Assembly: GCA_038087875.1 (NCBI GenBank)
Contig: JAXLNO010000351.1
Location: 62,001-126,000 of the forward strand
Direction of reading: 5' to 3'
DNA from: Malacoraja senta
Taxonomy: Eukaryota
Length of the DNA: 64,000 nt
Position 1 is the first letter of the stretch, and each line of letters begins with the position of its first letter. The notes below the pieces were generated by a model, which was not told the DNA's origin, did not search any database, and saw only the letters and a program-made list of their open reading frames with translations. Of this stretch, positions 46,657 through 58,700 are shown piece after piece. The position numbers and the translations under genes were made by a program.

Positions 46657-46990
46657 CTGTGCGTGAGTGTGTGTCTGTGTTTGTGTGTCTTTATTTGTGT
46701 GAGTGTGTGTGTGTGTCTCTGTGTTTGTTTGTGTGTGTGTGTGTGTGTGTGTTTTTGTGTATGTGTGTGTGTGTGTGTGTGTGTGTTTTTGTGTGTGTGT
46801 GTTCCTGTGTGTGTCCCTGTGTGTGTGTCCCTGTGTGTGTGTCCCTGTGTGTGTGTCCCTGTGTGTGCCTCGCTGTGTGTTCCTGTGCGTGTGTGTGTGT
46901 GTCTCTGTGTGTGTGTTTCTGTGTGTTTGTCTCTGTGTGTGTGCTCTGTGTGTGTGTTTGTGTATGTGTGTGTCTCTATGTGTGTGTCTC
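46657..46990. repeat. (GT)n microsatellite
   Basis: Direct inspection. Confidence 0.95.
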
Positions 46991-46991
46991 T

Positions 46992-47937
46992 GTTGGAGTG
47001 CTTGGAGTGCTGTGAGGTTGGACTTGCTGCCTCCACTCTGCTTGGAGTGCTGTGAGGTTGGACTTACTGCCTGCACTCTGCTTGGAGTGCTGTGAGGTTG
47101 GACTTACTGCCTGCACTCTGCTTGGAGTGTGGTTGGACTTGCTGCCTGCACTGTGCTTGGAGTGCTGTGAGATTGGACTTGCTGCCTGCACTGTGCTTGG
47201 AGTGCTGTGAGGTTGGACTTACTGCCTGCACTGTGCTTGGAGTGCTGTGAGGTTGGACTTACTGCCTTCACTCTGCTTGGAGTGCTGTGAGGTTGGACTT
47301 GCTGCCTGCACCGTGCTTGGAGTGCTGTGAGGTTGGACTTGCTGCCTGCACTGTGCTTGGAGTGCTGTGAGGTTGGACTTGCTGCCTCCACTCTGCTTGG
47401 GGTGCTGTGAGGTTGGACTTGCTGCCTCCACTGTGCTTGGAGTGCTGTGAGGTTGGACTTACTGCCTGTACTCTGCTTGCTGTGAGGTTGGACTTACTGC
47501 CTGCACTGTGCTTGGAGTGCTGTGAGGTTGGACTTACTGCCTGCTCTCTGCTTAGTGTGCTGTGAGGTTGGACTTGCTGCCTGCACTGTGCTTGGAGTGC
47601 TGTGAGGTTGGACTTGCTGCCCCCACTGTGCTTGGAGTGCTGTGAGGTTGGACTTACTGCCTGCACTGTGCTTGGAGTGCTGTGAGGTTGGACTTGCTGC
47701 CTGCACTGTGCTTGGAGTGCTGTGAGGTTGGACTTACTGCCTGCACTGTGCTTGGAGTGCTGTGAGGTTGGACTTGCTGCCTGCACTGTGCTTGGAGTGC
47801 TGTGAGGTTGGAGTTGCTGCCTGCACTGTGCTTGGAATGCTGTGAGGTTGGACTTGCTGCCTGCACTGTGCTTGGAGTGTTGTGAGGTTGGAGTTGCTGC
47901 CTGCACTGTGCTTGGAGTGCTGTGAGGTTGGACTTGC
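46992..47937. repeat. 40-bp minisatellite (ctgcactgtgcttggagtgctgtgaggttggacttgctgc), about 24 units
   Basis: Exact 40-nt register across 47581-47937. Confidence 0.96.
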
Positions 47938-48461
47938 ATTGTTTTAAGACTCGTTCATATTTTAAACATTAATAAATCCTTTTTCACCTTGCCATGTCTG
48001 CGTGTTCCTCATCACAATGGGTACGTAATGGGCAGGAATGGCTGCGCTGTCAGGGAGCCACTAAGAGTGCCTGGGGGGGAGGTTGAGGAGAGATGGACTG
48101 AATGCGTGGGGGGAGGGGAAATGCAAGCAGCAGAGTTGGGGGGTGAAGGAAGGAGGGGTAACTGAGTGAACTGGCACCACACCAGCTGTAATTGACTGAA
48201 GTGCCAGCCCATCAGTCATGACTTAGTGAACTGCATGTCCAAGAATCCATTCAGTCCACAATGTCCATACTAGCCCTCTGGAAACCAGTCCCTTCAGCCC
48301 ACAACACCCATACTAGCGCAACAGCGATCAACGCAAGGATAGACGTTCCTCCTTCATTGCTGTGATCTGTAAAAAGAGATGAAAATGTCTAAAATTGATT
48401 GTCCACCCTCTCCTCCTTCTCTCTCACAGACTCTGTCACCTGTTTTCAGTAGAATTTCTGG

Positions 48462-48572
48462 CAGTTTCTGAGCTGCCAGCCCACCAGGCCTGAGTTTCTG
48501 AGCTGCCAGCCCACCAGGCCTGAGTTTCTGAGCTGCCAGCCCATCAGGCCTGAGTTTCTGAGCTGCCAGCCC
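48462..48572. repeat. 30-bp tandem repeat, about 3.7 units
   Basis: agtttctgagctgccagcccaccaggcctg. Confidence 0.92.
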
Positions 48573-48703
48573 AAGAATCCATTCGGCACACAAAACTGAT
48601 GTTAGTGGTCCAGTAACCCCCCCCCCCCCCCACTGGCCAGCAATATTGGAATTGGTGGAGAGGTGGAAAATTGCTTTGTGGGACCAGCCCTCCTGTGTGA
48701 AGC

Positions 48704-48732
48704 TGGGATCCAACGGGTCTCACTTAGTCTAG
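48704..48732 (+). mobile_element. Helitron-type 3' terminus
   Basis: Hairpin tgggatcc-aac-gggtctca (48704-48722, two G:T pairs), then CTAG at 48729-48732 followed by T. Confidence 0.6.
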
Positions 48733-48770
48733 TGTAGTTATACAAGAAGAAGTTTGGATGAATATCTTAC

Positions 48771-48842
48771 TGTTTTTGCTACTACACTAAAGAAACTATT
48801 AATCAAGAGACTGTGTTTGGAAGATTTCCCTTTCGACGGCAT
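48771..48842 (-). CDS. candidate first coding exon MPSKGKSSKHSLLINSFFSVVAKT (exon 48912-48771)
   Basis: Acceptor ttctttcctttag, ATG at 48842, 24 open codons, phase-0 donor ACA|GTAAGA. It is a non-repetitive, CpG-retaining island among repeats. Confidence 0.4.
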
Positions 48843-48957
48843 TGAATGTCTCGGGGAGAGCTCGTGAATGCGTTTCGATTATCTCCTGAACCCGTGTCTT
48901 CAATCAGAGTGACTAAAGGAAAGAATCCTCGAAACGATATGAAAATCTGTCACTATA

Positions 48958-49577
48958 AGTACTGCCCCAGATTACTACCCCACAGTGTGTCACGCTATCA
49001 GTAATACTCCACAGTGTGTCCCTCCATCAGTACCACCACAGTGTGTCCCTCCATCAGTACCACCACAGTGTGTCCCCCCATCAGTACCACCACAGTGTGT
49101 CCCCCCATCAGTACCACCACAGTGTGTCCCTCCATCAGTACCACCACAGTGTGTCCCTCCATCAGTACCACCACCACAGTGTGTCCCTCCATCAGTACCA
49201 CCACCACAGTGTGTCCCTCCATCAGTACCACCACAGTGTGTCCCTCCATCAGTACCACCACAGTGTGTCCCTCCATCAGTACCACCACAGTGTGTCCCTC
49301 CATCAGTACCACCGCAGTGTGTCCCCTCCATCAGTACCACCACCACAGTGTGTCCCCCCATCAGTACCACCGCAGTGTGTCCCTCCATCAGTACCACCAC
49401 CACAGCGTGTCCCTCCATCAGTACCACCGCAGTGTGTCCCCTCCATCAGTACCACCACCACAGTGTGTCCCTCCATCAGTACCACCACCACAGTGTGTCC
49501 CTCCATCAGTACCACCACCACAGTGTGTCCCTCCATTAGTACCACCACAGTGTGTCCCTCCATCAGTACTATCCCAC
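48958..49577. repeat. 27/30-bp minisatellite (cagtaccaccacagtgtgtccctccat)
   Basis: Direct inspection; runs into the gap. Confidence 0.96.
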
Positions 49578-49777
49578 NNNNNNNNNNNNNNNNNNNNNNN
49601 NNNNNNNNNNNNNNNNNNNNNNNNNNNNNNNNNNNNNNNNNNNNNNNNNNNNNNNNNNNNNNNNNNNNNNNNNNNNNNNNNNNNNNNNNNNNNNNNNNNN
49701 NNNNNNNNNNNNNNNNNNNNNNNNNNNNNNNNNNNNNNNNNNNNNNNNNNNNNNNNNNNNNNNNNNNNNNNNNNNNN
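49578..49777. other. assembly gap (200 N)
   Basis: Exactly 200 N, a placeholder; true distance and orientation are unknown. Confidence 0.99.
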
Positions 49778-52700
49778 GGGGTGAGTGGGGGTCGGGGGGG
49801 TGAGTGGGGCGGGGGTGAGTGAGGGTGGGGGTGAGTGGGGGGTGGGGGTGGGGGTGAGTGGGGGTGGGGGTTGAGTAGTAAAGGGGGTGAGTGGGGGTGG
49901 GTGTGAGTGGGGGTGGGGGTGAGTGTGGGTGGGGGTTGAGTGGGGGTGGGGGGTGAGTGAGGGAGGGGGTGAGTGGGGGCGGGGGTGAGTGGGGGTGGGG
50001 GTGAGTGGCGGTAGGGGTGGGGGTGAGGGTGAGTGGGGGTGGGGGGAAGTGAGGGAGGGGGTGAGGGGGTGAGTGGGGGTGGGGGTGAGTGGGGGTGGGG
50101 GGAAGTGAGGGAGGGGGTGAGGGGGGTGAGTGGGGGTGGGGGTGAGTGAGGGAGGGGGGTGAGTGGGGGTGGGGGTGAGTGAGGGAGGAGGTGAGGGGGG
50201 TGAGTGGGGGATGGGGTGAGTGGGGGTGGAGGTGAGTGGGGGTGGGGGTGAGTGGGGGCGGGGGTGAGTGGGGGTGGGGGTGAGTGGGGGTGGGGGTGAG
50301 TGGGGGCGGGGGTGAGTGGGGGTGGGGGGGTGAGGGGGTGAGTGGGGGCGGGGGTGAGTGGGGGCGGGGGTGAGTGGGGGTGGGAGGAAGTGAGGAGGGG
50401 GTGAGGGGGATGGTGAGGGAAGGGGTGAGTGGGTGAGTGTGGGCAGGGGGGAGTGGGGCGGGGTGAGGGGGTGGGGTGGGTGAGTGGGGGTGGGGGTGAG
50501 TGGGGGTGGGGGTGAGTGGGGGTGGGGGGAAGTGAGGGAGGGGGTGAGGGGGTGAGTGGGGGTGGGGTGAGGGGAAGTGAGGGAGGGGGGTGAGGGGGGT
50601 GAGTGGGGGTGGGGGTGAGTGAGGGAGGGGGGTGAGTGGGGGTGGGGGTGAGTGAGGGAGGAGGTGAGGGGGGTGAGTGGGGGATGGGGTGAGTGGGGGT
50701 GGAGGTGAGTGGGGGTGGAGGTGAGTGGGGGCGGGGGTGAGTGGGGGTGGGGGGCGGGGGTGAGTGGGGGTGGGGGGTGAGGGGGTGAGGGGGGTGGGGG
50801 TGAGGGTGAGTGGGGGTGGGGGTGAGGGTGAGTGGGGGTGGGGGTGAGTGGGGGTGGGGGTGAGTGGGGGTGGGGGTGAGTGGGGGTGGGGGTGAGTGGG
50901 GGTGCAGGTGAGTGGGGGCGGGGGTGGGGGGTGAGTGGGGGCGGGGGTGAGTGGGGGTGGGGGGTGAGTGGGTGAGGGGGGTTGGTGAGGGAAGGGGTGA
51001 GTGGGTGAGTGTGGGCGGGGGGAGTGGGGCGGGGTGAGTGGGGGTGGGGTTGAGTGGGGGGGGGAGAGTGGGAGAGGGTGGTGAGTGGGGGCAGGGGTGA
51101 GTGGTGGCGGGGGTGAGTGGGGGCGGGGGTGAGTGGGGGTGGGGGTGAGTGGGGGCGGGGGTGAGTGGGGGTGGGGGTGAGGGTGAGTGGGGGTGGGGGT
51201 GTGACGGTGAGTGGGGGTGGGGGATGAGTGGGGGTGGGGGGGTGAGTGGGGGTGAGGGTGAGTGGGGGTGGGGGGTGAGTGGGGGTGGGGGGTGAGTGAG
51301 GGAGGAGGTGAGGGGGGTGAGTGGGGGATGGGGTGAGTGGGGGTGGAGGTGAGTGGGGGTGGGGGTGAGTGGGGGCGGGGGTGAGTGGGGGTGGGGGGCG
51401 GGGGTGAGTGGGGGTGGGGGGTGAGGGGGTGAGTGGGGGTGGAGGTGAGGGTGAGTGGGGGTGAGGGTGAGTGGGGGTGGGGTGAGTGGGGGTGGGGGTG
51501 AGTGGGGGTGGGGGTGAGTGGGGGTGGAGGTGAGTGGGGGCGGGGGTGGGGGGTGAGTGGGGGCGGGGGTGAGTGGGGGTGGGGGGTGAGTGGGTGAGGG
51601 GGGATGGTGAGGGAAGGGGTGAGTGGGTGAGTGTGGGCGGGGGAGTGGGGCGGGGTGAGTGGGGGTGGGGGTGAGTGGGGGGGGGGAGAGTGGGAGAGGG
51701 TGGTGAGTGGGGGCAGGGTGAGTGGTGGCGGGGGTGAGTGGGGGCAGGGGTGAGTGGGGGTGGGGGTGAGTGGGGGCGGGGTTGAGTGGGGGCGGGGGTG
51801 AGTGGGGGTGGGGGTGAGGGTGAGTGGGGGTGGGGGTGTGACGTTGAGTGGGGGTGGGGGATGAGTGGGGGTGGGGGTGAGTGGGGGTGAGGGTGAGTGG
51901 GGGTGGGGGGTGAGTGGGGGTGGGGGGTGAGTGGGGTGGGGGTGAGTGAGGGAGGGGGTGAGGGGGTGAGTGGGGGTGGGGGGTGAGTGGGGTGAGGGGG
52001 TGGGTGGGGGGGGGGTGAGTGAGGGAGGGGGTGAGTGGGGTTGGGGGGTGAGTGAGGGAGGGGGTGAGTGGGGGTGGGGGGTGAGTGGGGGTGGGGGGTG
52101 AGTGGGGGTGGGGGGTGAGGGGGGTGAGTGAGGGAGGGGGTGAGGGGGTGTGGGGGTGTGGGGGGGGGTGAGTGGGGGTGGGGGTGAGTGGGTGTGGGGG
52201 TGAGTGGGGATGGGGGTGAGTGAGGGAGGGGGTGAGGGGGTGAGTGGGGGTGGGGGATGAGTGAGGGAGGGGGTGAGTGGGGGTGGGGGTGGTGAGTGAG
52301 GGAGTGGGTGAGTGGGGGTGGGGGTGAGTGAGGGAGAGGGTGAGTGGGGGTGGGGGGAGAGTGGGGGTGGGGGTGTGACGGTGAGTGGGTGAGGGGGTTG
52401 AGTGGGGGTGGGGGTGTGGGGGTGGAGGTGAGTGGGGGCGGGGGTGAGTGGGGGCGGGGGTGAGTGGGGGTGGAAATGAGTGAGGGAGGGGGTGAGTGGG
52501 GGCGGGGGTGAGTGGGTTTGGGGGTGAGGGGGTGAGTGGGGGTGGGGGTGAGTGGGGGTGGGGGTGAGGGTGAGTGGGGGCGGGGGTGAGTGGGGGTGGG
52601 GGTGGGGGTGAGTGGGGGTGGGGGTGAGTGTATGACGGTGAGTGGGGTGGGGGTGAGGGGGTGAGTGGGGGCGGGGGTGAGTGGGGGTGGGTGGGGGAGG

Positions 52701-55700
52701 GGGTGAGTGAGGGAGGGGGTGAGGGGATGAGTGGGGGCTGGGGGTGAGTGGGGGTGGGTGGGGCTGGGGGTGAGTGGGGGTGGGTGGGGGATGGGGTGAG
52801 TGGGGGTGGGGGTGAGTGGTGAGTGGGAGGTGAGTGGGGGCCGGGGGTGAGTGGGGGTGGGGGGTGAGTGGGGGTTGGGGGTGAGTGGGGGCGGGGGTGA
52901 GTGGGGGCGGGGGTGAGTGAGGGTGGGGGTGAGTGAGGGAGGGGGTGAGTGGGGGCGGGGGTGAGTGGGGGCGGGGGTGAGTGGGGGTGGGGTGAGTGGG
53001 GTTGGGGTCAGTGGGGGAGGGGGGTGAGTGGGGGTGGGGGTGAGTGGGGTGGGGGTGAGTGAGGGAGGGGGTGAGGGGGGTGAGGGGGGGGTGAGTGAGG
53101 GAGGGGATGAGTGGGGGTGGGGGTGAGTGAGGGAGGGGGGTGGGGGTGAGTGGGGTGAGTGGGGGCGGGGGGTGAGTGGGGGATGGGGTGAGTGGGGGAA
53201 GGGTGGGGGTGAGTGGGGGTGGGGGTGAGTGGGGGCGGGGGTGAGTGGGGGGTTGGGGTGAGTGGGTGATGGGGTCAGTGGGGGAGGGGGGTGAGTGGGG
53301 GTGGGGGTGAGTGAGGGAGGGGGTGAGTGGAAGAGGGGGGTGAGTGGGGGTGGGGGGTGAGGGCGGGGGGTGAGTGGGGATGGGGGTGAGGGGGGTGAGG
53401 GTGGGGGTTAGCGGGGGAGGGGGTGAGTGGGGGTGGGGGTGAGGGTGAGGGGGTGAGTGGGGGTGGAGGTGAGTGGGGGCGGGGGTGAGTGGGGGCGGGG
53501 GTGAGTGGGGGCGGGGGTGAGTGGGGGCGGGGGTGAGTGGGGGCGGGGGTGAGTGGGGTCGGGGGTGAGTGGGGGCGGGGGTGAGTGGGGGCGGGGGTGA
53601 GTGGGGGTGGGGGTGAGTGGGGGTGGGACGGTGAGTGGGGGTGGGGGATGAGTGAGGGAGGGGGTGAGTGGGGGTGTGGGGGCGGGGGGAGTGGGGCGGG
53701 GGGGAGTGGCGGTGGGGGTGAGTGGGGGTGGGGGTGGGGGTGAGTGAGGGAGAGGGTGAGTGGGGGTGAGTGAGGGAGAGGGTGAGTGGGGGTGGGACGG
53801 TGAGTGGGGGTGGGGGATGAGTGAGGGAGGGGGTGAGTGGGGGTGTGGGGGCGGGGGGAGTGGGGCGGGGGTGAGTGGGGGTGGGGGTGAGTGGGGGTGG
53901 GGGTGAGTGGGGGTGGGGGTGAGTGAGGGAGTGAGTGCGGGTGTGGGGGCGGGGGGAGTGGGGCGGGGGTGAGTGGGGGTGAGTGGGGGTGGGGGTGGGG
54001 GATGGGTGAGGGAGGGGGTGACTGGGGGTGGGGGTGAGTGAGGGAGAGGGTGAGTGGGGGTGAGTGAGGGAGAGGGTAGGTGCGGGTGGGGGGAGAGTGG
54101 GGTGGGGGTGTGACGGTGAGTGGGTGAGGGGGTTGAGTGGGGGTGGGGGTGAGTGGGGGTGGAGGTGAGTGGGGGCGGGGTGAGGGGGGGTGGAAATGAG
54201 TGGGGGAGGGGGTGAGTGAGGGAGGGGGTGAGTGGGGGCGGGGGTGAGTGGGGTGGGGGTGAGTGGGGGCGGGGGTGAGGGGGTGAGGGTGAGTGGGGGT
54301 GGGGGTGGGGGTGAGTGGGGGTGGGGGTGAGTGGGGGTGGGGGTAAGTGGGGCAGGGGGTGAGTGGGGTTGGGTGTATGACGGTGAGTGGGGGTGGGGGG
54401 TGAGGGGGTGAGTGGGGGCGGGGTTGAGTGGGGGAGGGGGGTGAGTGAGGGAGGGGGGTGAGGGGGGTGAGTGGGGGCGGGGGTGAGTGGGGTGGTGGGG
54501 GATGGGGTGAGTGGGGGTGAGTGGTGAGTGGGAGAGGGGGGTGAGTGGGGGCGGGGGTGAGTGGGGGCGGGGGTGAGTGGGGGCGGGGGTGAGTGAGGGT
54601 GGGGGTCAGTGGGGGCGGGGGTGGGTGGGGGTGGGGGTGAGTGGGGGTTGGGGTGAGTGGGGGATGGGGTCAGTGGGGGTGGGGGTGAGTGGGTTGGGGG
54701 TGAGGGTGAGTGATCGAGGGGATGAGTGGGGGTGGGTGAGGGAGGGGGTGAGTGGGGGTGGGGGTGAGTGAGGGAGGGGGTAGGTGGGGGTGGGGGGTGA
54801 GTGGGAGTGAGGGAGGGGGGCGAGTGGGGGCGGGGGTGAGTGGGGGTGGGGGTGAGTGAGGGAGGGGGGTGAGTGGGTGAGTGGGGGTGGGGGGTGAGTG
54901 GGGGTGGGGGGTAAGTGGGGATGGGGGGTGAGTGGGGGTGGGGGTGGGGGGTGAGTGGGGGTGGGGGTGGTGGGTGAGTGGGGGTGGGGGGTGAGTGAGG
55001 GAGGGGGGCGAGTGGGGGCGGGGGTGAGTGAGGGTGGGGGTGAGTGGGGGTGGGGGGTGAGTGAGGGAGGGGGTGAGTGAGGGAGGGGGGTGAGTGGGGG
55101 TGGGGGTGAGTGGGGGGTGAGTGGGGGCGGGGGGTGAGGGGTGAGTGGGGGTGGGGTGAGTGGGGGCGGGGGGTGAGTGGGGCTGGGTGTGAGTGGGGGC
55201 GGGGGGTGAGTGGGGGCGGGGGGTGAGTGGGGGCGGGGGGTGAGTCGGGGTGAGGGTGGGGGGTGAGTGGGGGCGGGGGTGAGTGGGGGTGGGGGTGAGT
55301 GGGGGCGGGGGGTGAGTGGGGGTGAGGGTGGGGGGTGAGTGGGGGCGGGGGTGAGTGGGGGTGGGGGTGGGGGTGAGTGGGGGTGGGGGTGAGAGGGGGT
55401 GGGGGTGAGTGGGGGCGGGGGGTGAGTGGGGGGTGAGTGGGGGCGGGGGGTGAGTGGGGGCGGTGGGTGAGTGGGGGTGAGGGGTGAGTGGGGGCGGGGG
55501 TGAGTGGGGGTGGGGGGTGAGTGGGGGTGGGGGGTGAGTGGGGGCGGGGGTGAGTGGGGGTGGGGGTGAGTGGGGGTGGGGGGTGAGTGGGGGTGGGGGT
55601 GAGTGGGGGCGGGGGGTGAGTGGGGGGTGAGTGGGGGCGGGGGTGAGTGGGGGCGGTGGGTGAGTGGGGGTGAGGGATGAGTGGGGGCGGGGGTGAGTGG

Positions 55701-58700
55701 GGGTGGGGGCTGAGTGGGGGCGGGGGTGAGTGGGGGTGGGGGTGAGTGGGGTGGGGGTGAGTGGGGGCGGGGGGTGAGTGGGGGTGAGGGTGGGGGGTGA
55801 GTGGGGGCGGGGGTGAGTGGGGGTGGGGGTGGGGATGAGTGGGGGTGGGCGTGAGTGGGGGTGGGGGTGAGTGGGGGCGGGGGGTGAGTGGGGGGTGAGT
55901 GGGGGCGGGGGTGAGTGGGGGCGGTGGGTGAGTGGGGGTGAGGGGGTGAGTGGGGGCGGGGGTGAGTGGGGGTGGGGGGGTGAGTGGGTGGGGGGTGAGT
56001 GGGGGCGGGGGTGTGTGGGGGTGGGGGTGAGTGGGGTGGGGGGTGAGTGGGGGTGGGGGTGAGTGGGGGCGGGGGGTGAGTGGGGGGTGAGTGGGGGCGG
56101 GGGTGAGTGGGGGCGGTGGGTGAGTGGGGGTGAGGGATGAGTGGGGGCGGGGGTGAGTGGGGGTGGGGGGTGAGTGGGGGTGGGGGGTGAGTGGGGGCGG
56201 GGGTGAGTGGGGGCGGGGGTGAGTGGGGGCGGGGGGTGAGTGGGGGCGGGGGTGAGTGGGGTGGGGGGGAGTGGGGGTGGGGGTGAGTGGGGGTGGGGGG
56301 GAGTGGGGGTGGGGGGTGAGTGGGGGCGGGGGGTGAGTGGGGGTGGGGGGTGAGTGGGGGTGGGGGGGGTGGGGGGTGAGTGGGGGCGGGGGTGAGTGGG
56401 GGTGGGGGGTGAGTGGGGGTGGGGGTTGAGTGGGGCGGGGGTGAGTGGGGGTGGGGGGTGAGTGGTGGTGGGGGGTGAGTGGGGGTGGGGGTGGGGCTGA
56501 GTGAGGGGGCGGTGAGTGGGGGTGGGGGGTGAGTGGGGGTGGGGGTGGGGGGTGAGTGGGGGTGGGTGGTGAGTGGGGGGTGGGGGGTGAGGGGTGTGAG
56601 GGGGGTGAGTGGGGGTGGGGGTGGGGGGTGAGTGAGGGGTGAGTGGGGTGGGGGTGGGGGTGGGGGGTGAGTGAGGGGGGGGTGAGTGGGGGTGGGGGTG
56701 GGGGGTGAGTGAGGGGGGGGGTGAGTGGGGGTGGGGGGTGAGTGGGGGTGGGGGTGGGGGGTGAGTGGGGGGTGGGGGGTGAGTGGGGGTGGGGGTGAGT
56801 GGGGGTGGGGGTGAGTGGGGGTGGGGGTGAGTGGGGTGGGGGTGAGTGGGGTGGGGGTGTGGGGGGGGTGAGTGGGGGGTGGGGGTGGGGGTGTGTGGGG
56901 GGGTGTGGGGGTGGGGGGGGGGGTGAGTGGGGGTGGGGGTGGGGGGTGAGTGGGGGCGGGGGGTGAGTGGGGTGGGGGGTGGTGGGGGTGGGGGGGTGAG
57001 TGGGGGTGGGGGGGGGTGAGTGGGGGTGGGGGTGGTGGGGTGGGGGGTGAGTGGGGTGGGGGGTGGGGGGTGAGGGTGGGGGGGGTGGGTGGGGGTGGGG
57101 GGTGGGGGGTGGGGTGAGTGGGGGGGGGGGTGAGTGGGGGTGGGGTGTGGGGGGGTGGGGGGGGGTGAGTGGGGGTGGGGGTGAGTGGGGGTGGGGGGGT
57201 GAGTGGGGGTGGGGGGGTGAGTGGGGGTGGGGGGTGAGTGGGGGTGGGGGTGAGGGGGGGTGGGTGGGGGGGTGTGGGGTGGGGGGGGTGGGGTGGGGGG
57301 GGGGGTGTGGGTGGGGGGTGGGGGGGGTGTGGGGGGGGGGTGAGTGGGGGTGGGGGGGGGTGAGTGGGGGGGGGGGGGGGGTGAGTGGGGGGGGGGGGGT
57401 GGGGGTGGGGGGTGAGTGGGGGTGGGGGTGGGGGGTGTGTGGGGGTGGGGGGGGTGTGGGGGTGGGGGGTGAGTGGGGGGGGGGGTGAGTGGGGGGGGGG
57501 GGGGGTGGGGGGGGGGGGGGTGGGGGGGGGGGTGAGGGGGGGTGGGGGGTGGGGGGGGTGTGTGGGGGTGGGGGTGGGGGGTGGGGGGGTGGGGGGTGAG
57601 TGGGGGGTGGGGGGGGGTGGGGGTGGGGGGGGGGTGGTGGGGGTGGGGGGGGGTGGGGGGGGGTGGGGGGGGTGGGGGGGGGGTGGGGGGTGGGGGGGTG
57701 GGGGGGGGGGTGTGGGGGGGGGGGGTGTGTGGGGGTGGGGGGGGGTGGGGGTGGGGGGGGTGGGGGTGGGGGTGGGGGGGGGGGGGGGGGTGGGGGGGTG
57801 GGGGTGGGGGGGGGTGGGGGTGGGGGTGGGGGGGTGGGGGGGGGGGGTGGTGGGGGGGGGGGTGAGTGGGGGTGGGGGGGGGGTGAGTGGGGTGGGGGGG
57901 TGAGTGGGGTGGGGGGTGAGTGGGGGTGGGGGGTGAGTGGGGGTGGGGGGGGTGGGGGTGGGGGTGAGTGGGGGTGGGGGGTGAGTGGGGGTGGGGGTGA
58001 GTGGGGGGTGGGGGTGAGTGGGGGTGGGGGTGTGTGGGGGTGGGGGTGGGGGGTGAGTGGGGGTGGGGGTGAGTGGGGGTGGGGGGTGAGTGGGGTGGGG
58101 GTGGGGGGGTGGTGGGGGGTGGGGGGTGAGTGGGGGTGGGGGGTGGGGGTGAGTGGGGGTGGGGGGTGAGTGGGGGTGGGGGTGGGGGGTGAGTGGGTTG
58201 GGGGGTGAGTGGGGGTGGGGGGTGAGTGGGGGTGGGGGGTGGTGGGGGGGGGTGAGTGGGGGTGGGGGGTGAGTGGGGGTGGGGGTGGGGGGTGGGGGGT
58301 GGGGGGTGGTGGGGGGGGGGGTGAGTGGGGGTGGGGGGTGAGTGGGGGTGGGGGGTGAGTGGGGGTGGGGGGTGAGTGGGGGGTGGGGGGTGAGTGGGGG
58401 TGGGGGTGGGGGGTGAGTGGGGGTGGGGGGTGAGTGGGGGTGGGGGGTGAGGGGGGTGGGGGGTGGTGGGGGTGGGGGTGGGGGGTGAGTGGGGTGGGGG
58501 GTGAGTGGGGGTGGGGGGTGGTGGGGGTGGGGGGTGGGGGGTGAGTGGGGGGTGGGGGTGAGTGGGGTGGGGGGGTGAGTGGGGGTGGGGGGGTGAGTGG
58601 GGGTGGGGGTGAGTGGTGGGGGTGGGGGGTGAGTGGGGGTGGGGCGTGAGTGGGGGTGGGGGTGGGGGGTGAGTGGGGTGGGGGGTGAGTGGGGGTGGGG

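Noticed and set aside
48985..49822. ORFs spanning the minisatellite and the N run
   Set aside because: They are repeat translations extended artificially through the assembly gap.
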